Positions 56,534-64,000 of a stretch of DNA of 64,000 nt are shown piece after piece. The translations under genes and the position numbers were made by a program. Below the pieces are notes generated by a model. It had not been told where the DNA came from. It was given only the letters and a program-made list of their open reading frames with translations, and searched no databases. The stretch covers positions 32,001-96,000 of IMG/VR virus record IMGVR_UViG_3300035491_000042; one strand, written 5' to 3'. The first letter of the stretch is position 1. Every line of letters starts with the position of its first letter. The stretch comes from a virus (lineage: Duplodnaviria; Caudoviricetes).

Positions 56534-58258
56534 ATGAACTACAACTATATTGACGCAGTAGCCACCTCAGACGAGTTGACTGTGTGGTGCCGCGACAAAG
56601 ATGGGGAGTTGATTGTCGAGACTCACCCCATCTCCAAATACCTGTACTGCTACCAGCTAGACAACAGCGGTAACCCGGATGCGAAAGACCTCTTCGGTCG
56701 TCCCCTCAAACGCATGAACTTTGAAGATCGCTGGACTTTCAATAAATTCGTTGACAGCAGGCAGTCACTCTATGAAAGCGACGTATCACCGACGTACAAA
56801 TGCCTCATCGACACATACGCTGCTGCCCCTTTGGATGCTCCCTATAACGTCTTCCTGTATGATATCGAGGTCTTCTTTGACCTGAACGACGGAAACGGAT
56901 ACCCATCACCACAAAACCCATACGGGTACATTAACTCGTTCCAAGCTTTTGACACCAAGCGTCAAGAGTATCTCATCTTGAAGCTCGATGAAGCTAAGGT
57001 GAAGGTAACCGACAAGTACGGTGAGTATCCTGTCGTGACCATCTCGTGTCGTGATGAACGTGAGCTACTCGAAACACTTGCAGACATGCTGGAAGAGCGT
57101 GATGTTGACATCATGGCGGGTTGGTATACCAACGGCTTCGACTTACCGTATATCATGGAACGGGCGATCATGGAGTTCGGAGAGAAAGACGCGCTCCGCA
57201 TGTTCTGTCGCGATGGCTTCAAAGCCAAGAAGCGTGAGTTTATCAATGATAATGCCGAAGAGCGTGTCGAATGGACACTTGTTGGTAGACAGCATCTTGA
57301 TATGCTTGAGCTCTACAAGAAGTTCATCCCGTCTGAGAAGACTTCGTTCAGCCTCAGTGCCGTCTGTACTGAAGACTTGGGTATTGACAAGGTTGACTAC
57401 GAGGGTGACCTTGGTGAGCTCTACCGCGAGAACCCTGACCTCTTCTTTGAATACGGTATCCACGACGCTCGTCTGTTACTGTACCTTGACCGTAAGCACC
57501 AGATCATTCGTCTGGCAGTAACCCTGTCTCGCATGAACAGTGTGTTCGCCCGAGACGTAGTTGGTTCTGTAAAGCCGATTGAAATGGGCTTCCTGAAGTT
57601 CTGCCATAGCCGTGGGGTTGTGTTGGCTGACAAGACTGGTAGTGAGAAGGAGAAGTTTGAGGGTGCTATCGTTTATGACACCATTTCAGGGCTTCACAAA
57701 TGGGGCTTTACGGTCGACTTGACTGCTCTGTACCCCAGTGCCATGATGATGCTCGGACTCTCCACAGAGACGATGGTTGGGCAGCTCAACGGCGGATACA
57801 AAGATTATATCGCTGTAATGACCAAGAAAGACACAATGGTTATTCTTGATCAGATCATTGATGGGGAAGTCACCGATCACATCGAATGCAATGCTAGCGC
57901 ACTCTATGATATTATCATTGAGAACGGCTGGTGTATCTCTGCGAATGGCACTCTCTTCAGTGGTGAATTCGGCTTGTTGTCTGTATACGTCAAAGACAGA
58001 TTCGACACCCGTAAGATGTACCAGCGGATGAAGAAGGAGGCAGAAGAGCGGGGTGACGAAGATGAAGCAAACATCAATAACCTCTATCAGAGCGTGATGA
58101 AGATTATTTGTAACTCGCTGTATGGATGTATCAGTAACGCGCACTTCCGCCTCTACGACATCCGTCTGGCGAAGAGTATTACTCTGACCGGTCAGGTGAT
58201 TAGTAAATTCCAAGCATACAAAGCAAACTCGTATGTGGAGGCACTGGCAAATGACTGA
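56534..58258 (+). CDS. Family B DNA polymerase, N-terminal subunit (exonuclease, motifs A and B)
   Basis: YDIE, GWYTNGFDLPYI, YGIHD, DLTALYPS, KIICNSLYG, SITLTGQ; ATG at 56534. Confidence 0.92.
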   Translation: MNYNYIDAVATSDELTVWCRDKDGELIVETHPISKYLYCYQLDNSGNPDAKDLFGRPLKRMNFEDRWTFNKFVDSRQSLYESDVSPTYKCLIDTYAAAPLDAPYNVFLYDIEVFFDLNDGNGYPSPQNPYGYINSFQAFDTKRQEYLILKLDEAKVKVTDKYGEYPVVTISCRDERELLETLADMLEERDVDIMAGWYTNGFDLPYIMERAIMEFGEKDALRMFCRDGFKAKKREFINDNAEERVEWTLVGRQHLDMLELYKKFIPSEKTSFSLSAVCTEDLGIDKVDYEGDLGELYRENPDLFFEYGIHDARLLLYLDRKHQIIRLAVTLSRMNSVFARDVVGSVKPIEMGFLKFCHSRGVVLADKTGSEKEKFEGAIVYDTISGLHKWGFTVDLTALYPSAMMMLGLSTETMVGQLNGGYKDYIAVMTKKDTMVILDQIIDGEVTDHIECNASALYDIIIENGWCISANGTLFSGEFGLLSVYVKDRFDTRKMYQRMKKEAEERGDEDEANINNLYQSVMKIICNSLYGCISNAHFRLYDIRLAKSITLTGQVISKFQAYKANSYVEALAND

Positions 58259-59162
58259 TATGATCGATTTTGAAGAGACAAACGTGGTATGGGGTTGGAG
58301 AGACGACCCCAAAGAAGGGTATGTGTGGGATCAGTTACCGCTGAAGCATGCGATTGCTGGTGATACTGACTCGATCATGCTGACCTTGAACAGTGTCGTC
58401 GGAGAAGACGACTCACTTGACGATATCGTGGCTGTGGCAGACGAGATCGGTAATCTGACCAATGAAGCATTCCCAGACTTCTGTGTTCGAGCATTCAACA
58501 CGCCTGAGTCTCGTAAGGGGACGGTAAAGACGGATCGCGAGGTAGTATTCGACAAGGCTCTGTTCCTGACGAAGAAGCGTTACATCATGCATGTTGTCGA
58601 CTCTGAAGGAAAGCGCGTCGACAAGATGAAGATCATGGGTGTTGAGCTCAAGAAGTCCGACACATCCAAGGCGATTAAACAGATTCTCCGTAAGCTGGTG
58701 GATATGATTCTTGACGGTTATGATATGGATTATGTGTTGGATGAGGTTCAGAAGATGCGTCGTTCGTTTGAAGAGTTCAGCGCTATCGAGATTGCCAAGC
58801 CAATCAACGTCAAGACGCTGAAGCGCTGTCAGGATGCCTATGCCATGACGGGGTCGATGAAAGGTTTCCCGTATCAGGTACGAGCTACTATGTTCTGGAA
58901 CGAGAACTGTGGTAAACTGGACAAGCAGATCATGCCGGGTGAAAAGGTTGGTCTGGTGTACATCAAACATCCGAAGAGCAAGTACATTGCGTTCCCGATT
59001 GATATGACAGTCTTTCCAGACTGGTTCGACGAGTTCAAGATTGACTATGCGACGGAATGGCTAAAAGCCAAGAAGAAAATTGAAAACTATCTTGCGTCCC
59101 TTGAGTGGGATGCCAAAGGAAGACGAGATGCAATCAAAAGAGACCTCTTCGGGTTCGACTGA
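58251..59162 (+). CDS. Family B DNA polymerase, C-terminal subunit (motif C, thumb)
   Basis: AGDTDS, KKRY, KIMGVE.KKS; C-terminal clamp-binding-like DLFGF; ATG at 58251 after GGAGG. Confidence 0.9.
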   Translation: MTDMIDFEETNVVWGWRDDPKEGYVWDQLPLKHAIAGDTDSIMLTLNSVVGEDDSLDDIVAVADEIGNLTNEAFPDFCVRAFNTPESRKGTVKTDREVVFDKALFLTKKRYIMHVVDSEGKRVDKMKIMGVELKKSDTSKAIKQILRKLVDMILDGYDMDYVLDEVQKMRRSFEEFSAIEIAKPINVKTLKRCQDAYAMTGSMKGFPYQVRATMFWNENCGKLDKQIMPGEKVGLVYIKHPKSKYIAFPIDMTVFPDWFDEFKIDYATEWLKAKKKIENYLASLEWDAKGRRDAIKRDLFGFD

Positions 59163-59352
59163 ACGTCGAAGCCAGTCAGGGCGCTTTGTCGCTCTGCGAA
59201 AAATCATCGATGGGCTCATTCGAGAGGGCTGGACTATCCAGTCCCGCTCGGAAGATGAGCCGGTGGTGTTGACACGCGGTCGTGGTACTGCTACCGTGAA
59301 GCCTTCTGGAATCGTAGTGTACGGTTCTATCAAAAAAGACGAAACGGAGTAA
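59128..59352 (+). CDS. Small hypothetical protein
   Basis: ATG at 59128 with AAGGA RBS within ORF 59080..59352. Confidence 0.45.
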   Translation: MQSKETSSGSTERRSQSGRFVALRKIIDGLIREGWTIQSRSEDEPVVLTRGRGTATVKPSGIVVYGSIKKDETE

Positions 59353-59356
59353 TTCC

Positions 59357-59914
59357 ATGACCGACGAAGTCATCTTCCAAGAAACACCCGGTAGCATTCG
59401 CTATATGCATGCCGATCTCATTGAGTACGCACTCAAAAGCGGCGAAATCGACATCATCGCACATCAGACCAATTGTCAGGGTGTTTTTGGCTCTGGCTTT
59501 GCTCGCGCTGTCGCAGTCAATTTTCCGCGTGTCGAGGCGTTTGACCAGAATATCGTCAAGGCGCTCAGGGAGGTAGAAAAGACACCTGCCGGTGAGACAT
59601 ATGTTACTCATGCTGCGAAGAATCCACAAACAGGGCATATTCTGTACGTCGCTAATATGTATGGTCAGGTATCTCCGGGGCCAAACACCGACTACGTGCT
59701 TCTTCGATCTGCCATCAAGCAACTTCGGGAATACTTGGTTCGATCCAAATACCCACTGCATCGTGTCAAGATTGGGCTCCCGATGGTTGGATGTGGTGTT
59801 GGTGGAGGAGACTGGGATGTTGTTTCTCGGATGCTCAGTGAAGAGTGGTATGACCTCAACTTTACCGTCTTCATCAAAGACAAAGAAATTTTTGACAAGG
59901 TAACAAACTCATGA
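59357..59914 (+). CDS. Macrodomain protein (ADP-ribose binding/hydrolase)
   Basis: IAHQTNC.G.FGSGFA, ANMYGQ, TDY..L, P.VGCG.GGGDW. Confidence 0.85.
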   Translation: MTDEVIFQETPGSIRYMHADLIEYALKSGEIDIIAHQTNCQGVFGSGFARAVAVNFPRVEAFDQNIVKALREVEKTPAGETYVTHAAKNPQTGHILYVANMYGQVSPGPNTDYVLLRSAIKQLREYLVRSKYPLHRVKIGLPMVGCGVGGGDWDVVSRMLSEEWYDLNFTVFIKDKEIFDKVTNS

Positions 59915-60681
59915 AAGTATCAATTTTTTCTGATCTTCATACAGAAACTCGTCAGCGTATGACACCCGGTATGTTCAAGTATGTTGGAGCAAACTCCGAC
60001 ATCGTTCTGCTCTGTGGGGACATCGTCAACGCCAAGAACTACTATGATCTGGCTGCTATCCGTGCATTCATTCCGGCTCATGTGCCTGTACTGTTCATTC
60101 CGGGGAACCACGAGTTCTATGGTGCTGCGAGTGTCAAGAAACAGCGTCAGGATATGCGTGAACTGTGCCGTCGTACTGGCATCACCTATATGGATCGAAA
60201 CACCTTCGAGTTTCATGGTCATCTGTTCATTGGTGCTACTGGCTGGTCTGATCTGAAGGCGTATTCAGATAAAGAACCACTTGAAGATCGAGTCAAGAAC
60301 GTTCATTTTAATATCTCTGACTTCCATTTCCATAATGATTGGTCAGTGGAGCGAATGATCGAGAACGCGAAGCAGGACAAGAAGTTCATCAGTAAGGCGA
60401 TCACAACTGCCGAGCAGAACAAGCTGATTCCGTTTGTTATGACTCACTTTCCACCGCTGGAATACCTGAACAACGAGGACTTCGAGTACAATGGAGTTTC
60501 TGCGTACTTCGTAAACCAGTGGCTTGAAGTTGCTCTTCGTGCGAAGTATTGGGCGTTTGGTCATGTTCACGGTCGTTGCAGGCAGGAGTTGATTGGTGAT
60601 ACAATGTTCATCTCAAATATGCAGGGTTACCCACGTGAGAGCGAAACAACATTCGATCCATATATGGTTATTGAAATTTAA
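59911..60681 (+). CDS. Calcineurin-like metallophosphoesterase
   Basis: SDLH, GDI, PGNHE, THFPP, FGHVH. Confidence 0.88.
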   Translation: MKVSIFSDLHTETRQRMTPGMFKYVGANSDIVLLCGDIVNAKNYYDLAAIRAFIPAHVPVLFIPGNHEFYGAASVKKQRQDMRELCRRTGITYMDRNTFEFHGHLFIGATGWSDLKAYSDKEPLEDRVKNVHFNISDFHFHNDWSVERMIENAKQDKKFISKAITTAEQNKLIPFVMTHFPPLEYLNNEDFEYNGVSAYFVNQWLEVALRAKYWAFGHVHGRCRQELIGDTMFISNMQGYPRESETTFDPYMVIEI

Positions 60682-60693
60682 AAAGGAAATATC

Positions 60694-61014
60694 ATGAAAA
60701 CGAAACAAAACGGTTTTACCATCATTGAGCTGCTGATCATCGTTGCGTTCATTCTGATTTGTGTGGTCGCGTTTTTCGGTTCAAGAGAGTCTCATGCTCA
60801 GGGCTTTCAAGGAAGCATGACGTACACTTGCGTCGACACCCGCGACGGATACGAGTTCACTTTTCAGACGAAGAACCAGCGACAGGTTTCAACCGGTTCT
60901 GTCACCGGTCACGTATACCTGATCGCACTGGACAATGAGCCGAAGATGATTCTTGTGAGTGAACTTCAGCTACAAGACTACTACCGCTGCCTGATCTCAT
61001 CGGAGGGAATCTGA
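60694..61014 (+). CDS. Protein with type IV prepilin-like N-terminal cleavage/methylation motif
   Basis: MKTKQNG|FTIIELLIIVAFIL. Confidence 0.7.
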   Translation: MKTKQNGFTIIELLIIVAFILICVVAFFGSRESHAQGFQGSMTYTCVDTRDGYEFTFQTKNQRQVSTGSVTGHVYLIALDNEPKMILVSELQLQDYYRCLISSEGI

Positions 61015-62408
61015 TGTCATCCCTTCAGGCATCACAGATCACGGCACTCGTCGACTTGCTGGCAATGACCAGCAAGAAGACAGAGAAACTAGCCATCATC
61101 AACGGATTCGTTGGTAGTGGAAACAGTGTAGCATTGGTAGATTTTGATCGTTTCCTGATGTTCGTGTACGACGAGGTGCGGTATACCTACGGACGCACCA
61201 ACATTGATCCTATTGTCGAAGAGTACAAAGGAACGACTGGAATCGGGGTTGGTCTCGAAAAGGTGTTCTCGCTATTTGAGAACATCAGTAGTGATGGGAT
61301 TCGTGGTCATCGTAGTGATCATCTAATTCGTATGGTCTACTCTGCTGCGAACAATGATGAGCGTCGTGTCATCAAGATGATTTTTGAGCGTGATCTTCGT
61401 TGTGGTTGCGGTATCAGCACGTTTAACTCGTCTGACAGGGGTGTTGTTGTTGCTGAACATCCGTACCAACGCATGTCTAGCTTCTCTGAGAAGAAGCTGA
61501 AGAAGCTGAAAGATCGTAAGATCGCACAGTTGAAGGCTGATGGGAAATACGTCGATATCATTGTGTATCACAACACAGTACAGGTCTTCTCCAGAAACGG
61601 TAAGCCATGTGATGGACTGCTCACCGCTGATGAGGTCGAGCAACTGCTGGAGAAGCACAAGAACACGGTTATTCAAGGTGAAGCACTGGTTCTGAGCGAC
61701 GATGGCACTGGTGTTATGGACAGGCAGACAGGTAACGGTTACCTGAATCAGAAACCAGAAGACATCGATTCCACAAGGGTTGTTTTCAGTGTCTGGAATC
61801 AAATACCGCTCGATTCGTTCTTTGCTGGGTCTGACGACACCCCGTACTCACAGATTTGGGATGACCTCGTCCATCAGATGACTGCTGGTCAATATCCGAG
61901 CAGCTTCTCGCTGATAAAGTATGTTGACTGTGTAAATTTCACACAGCTTGCAGACTTTTTCAATGAAGTTCGCTTGGCAGGCGAGGAAGGTCTGATCGTA
62001 AAAGACCCGAACGAGGTATGGAAGAACGGAACCAGCGGCAAGCACATGAAAATGAAGGTTGCTGTTGATGGTGAAGTCAAGGTTATCGGGATCAAGGAAG
62101 GCAAGGGGAAATATGCCGGTATGGTTGGGTCGCTCGAATGTGTGACTACCTGTGGAACTGTTCACTTCTTCTGTGCTGGCATCACCGACAAACAGCGAAA
62201 GGAATGGTTCAAAAACCCTGAGCTAATCGTAGACAAAATCATCACTGTTCGATACAATGATGTGGTATATGACGAGCGCACTGGTATGTACGCTCTCTAT
62301 CTTCCTCGTTTTGTCGAGATTCGGACTGATCGAGATTTTGCCGACAGCCGAGAACGGCTGGTTGAACAGGTGACGGCATTCGTCGATCTGATCCAGCTTA
62401 TGGACTAA
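61014..62408 (+). CDS. ATP-dependent DNA ligase (T4 gp30-like)
   Basis: KADG, FSRNGK, QGEA, EEGLIVKD, KMK, LYLPRF. Confidence 0.93.
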   Translation: MSSLQASQITALVDLLAMTSKKTEKLAIINGFVGSGNSVALVDFDRFLMFVYDEVRYTYGRTNIDPIVEEYKGTTGIGVGLEKVFSLFENISSDGIRGHRSDHLIRMVYSAANNDERRVIKMIFERDLRCGCGISTFNSSDRGVVVAEHPYQRMSSFSEKKLKKLKDRKIAQLKADGKYVDIIVYHNTVQVFSRNGKPCDGLLTADEVEQLLEKHKNTVIQGEALVLSDDGTGVMDRQTGNGYLNQKPEDIDSTRVVFSVWNQIPLDSFFAGSDDTPYSQIWDDLVHQMTAGQYPSSFSLIKYVDCVNFTQLADFFNEVRLAGEEGLIVKDPNEVWKNGTSGKHMKMKVAVDGEVKVIGIKEGKGKYAGMVGSLECVTTCGTVHFFCAGITDKQRKEWFKNPELIVDKIITVRYNDVVYDERTGMYALYLPRFVEIRTDRDFADSRERLVEQVTAFVDLIQLMD

Positions 62409-62436
62409 AGAGGGGGCTTCAGCCCCCCTTTCTTTT
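62407..62436 (+). terminator. Intrinsic terminator
   Basis: GGGGGCT-TC-AGCCCCC followed by a T-rich tract. Confidence 0.75.
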
Positions 62437-62446
62437 GGAGAAAACT

Positions 62447-63559
62447 ATGCTGGCAACAACATTCTTTGTCATCGCAATCACCCTTCCTGTCTATGTGGTG
62501 TTCATGTTCGCAGCACGTTACGTGTATGCGAAATATTTTCTTCATCGTCGAAAAGTACGCTACCGTTTCGGTGCTGATGATGGAATTTCCTACAAGGAAA
62601 TCGCCATGGGTGGTGTCTTCTACTCGCTGGTGATTGGTGCGACTCTTCTTGTCGCTTTCAATAGTGCTGGTGATGACACACTGGTCATCAACGGTGAGGT
62701 CACCGGAAAGTATCGCGACCGCGTGTCATGTGAGCATTCATATCGTTGCAATTGCCGTCAGAGCTGCTCAGGATCGGGGTCAAACCGTTCCTGTACCGAA
62801 GTTTGCTCTACTTGCTATGAGCACTCATATGACTATGACTGGGTTGTCAAATCCAACGTCGGTAACATCCTGATTGATCGTGTGAACCGCCAAGGAACGC
62901 GTGAACCACCTCGTTGGACTGCTGTTCGCATCGGCGAGCCCTTCGCCAAGCGTTTCAGCTACTTCAACTACATCAAGGCATCACCGACGACGCTGTTCAA
63001 CAACGTTGATGCTGAAAGTCTGCCTGCTATTGGCTACCCGACACGCATCACAGATTACTACCGTGCAGAGCGCGTCATCACGTATCAGACCAAGTACACT
63101 CCGTCTGGCAAGTTCAATGAACTGCTGAACGAGGGGCTGAAGACTCTACGCAGCCGCGCAGTGAACGTGAACGTCATCATCCATGGACACACCTCGGAAA
63201 TCGATGATGACATCATGACGAAGCTCATTGGCGGTAAGATCAACGATGTAACAGTCTTGATTGGTGTTGAGCCGGATGGTACAATCAAGTCTGCTGGTGC
63301 ATACTCTTGGAGTAAAAATCAGATGTTGACGATTGCGATCAGAGACGGTATCCTTGACGTCGCAACATTCGACAACAAACTGGTGAGTGATGTGATTCTG
63401 ACAAGCATTACGAAACACTATGTCCCTCGTGACATCGAAGATTTTGCATACTTGGAAGACAGCATCGAAATCCCAAAGGGCGTCATCATCTTCGTGATCC
63501 TGTTCAGCATTTTCGCTCCGTTCGGGATCGCAATCATCGCAGCAAAACTTGATAGCTGA
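62447..63559 (+). CDS. Membrane protein with a Cys-rich extracytoplasmic domain
   Basis: Two N-terminal and one C-terminal TM segments; CEHSYRCNC...CSTCYEH; ATG 62447 with GGAG RBS. Confidence 0.65.
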   Translation: MLATTFFVIAITLPVYVVFMFAARYVYAKYFLHRRKVRYRFGADDGISYKEIAMGGVFYSLVIGATLLVAFNSAGDDTLVINGEVTGKYRDRVSCEHSYRCNCRQSCSGSGSNRSCTEVCSTCYEHSYDYDWVVKSNVGNILIDRVNRQGTREPPRWTAVRIGEPFAKRFSYFNYIKASPTTLFNNVDAESLPAIGYPTRITDYYRAERVITYQTKYTPSGKFNELLNEGLKTLRSRAVNVNVIIHGHTSEIDDDIMTKLIGGKINDVTVLIGVEPDGTIKSAGAYSWSKNQMLTIAIRDGILDVATFDNKLVSDVILTSITKHYVPRDIEDFAYLEDSIEIPKGVIIFVILFSIFAPFGIAIIAAKLDS

Positions 63560-63574
63560 AAAAGGAAAGAAATC

Positions 63575-64000
63575 ATGAAAGCAGTAGCAATTGTACTGGC
63601 AGTAATCCTGTCTCTGGGCATGATGGTTGGTGTTAGTGCCGTCGGTATGTACGTCACCTACGCGAACAAGGGTGTGCAGTTTGAGACACGCCTTAACGCC
63701 ACATACGACGAGAACAAGGTTGTCCTGAACAACTACACCACGAAGGTGCAGGAAATCGCCCAAGTGCCTGACATGTTCAAGAATGACCTCGAAGACGTCA
63801 TTGAGGCTACCTTCCAAGGTCGCTACGGTGAGAATGGCTCTCAGGCTGTGTTCCAGTGGATTCAGGAACAGAACATGAGCCTCGACCCCATGTTGTATCG
63901 TCAGATTCAGCAGGTTATGGAAGCCGGTCGTAACGAGTTTGCAGCGTCACAGAAGCAGCTCATTGATGTGAAGCGCAACTACGAAGCCGCGTTGAGCTAC
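63575..64000 (+). CDS. LemA-like membrane-anchored helical protein, 3' end outside the window
   Basis: Translated by hand: MKAVAIVLAVILSLG...WIQEQN..LDP.LYRQIQQVMEAGRNEF...Q..LID; AAGGA RBS. Confidence 0.6.
   Translation, partial: MKAVAIVLAVILSLGMMVGVSAVGMYVTYANKGVQFETRLNATYDENKVVLNNYTTKVQEIAQVPDMFKNDLEDVIEATFQGRYGENGSQAVFQWIQEQNMSLDPMLYRQIQQVMEAGRNEFAASQKQLIDVKRNYEAALSY

Noticed and set aside
58200-58360. Intron or intein at the polymerase break
   Set aside because: The ORFs overlap with no intervening sequence, and no intein terminal motifs are present.

Overview
A 64-kb segment of a large lytic T4-like myovirus with a probable Gram-negative host (two-component spanins, sigma70-type promoters). 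No tRNA, rRNA, CRISPR or integrase was seen. In order: (i) minus-strand gp46/gp47 recombination nuclease and gp55-like late sigma factor; (ii) a plus-strand late module with tail sheath, three tube-fold paralogs, baseplate genes (gp26-, gp53-, gp27-, gp5-, gp25-, gp6-like), modular fibre/spike paralogs and a lysis cassette; (iii) minus-strand terminase with three proteins carrying capsid-targeting-like N-termini; (iv) a plus-strand replication/accessory module (PhoH, amidoligase, Tad2-like DUF2829, UvsX/Y/W, mini-DnaE, GroES-like, MoxR/VWA, ClpP-like, split family-B DNA polymerase, macrodomain, DNA ligase). Four free-standing homing endonucleases are interspersed. Most interesting: a 119-bp near-identical non-coding repeat at the two main divergent strand switches; a putative late small RNA with an anti-Shine-Dalgarno loop; a set of probably capsid-packaged effectors (two ART-fold paralogs, a zincin, an amidoligase); a possible +1 frameshift in the tail chaperone; and a shared-anchor fibre system. 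All product calls come from motif recognition and synteny by eye; no database searches were run.
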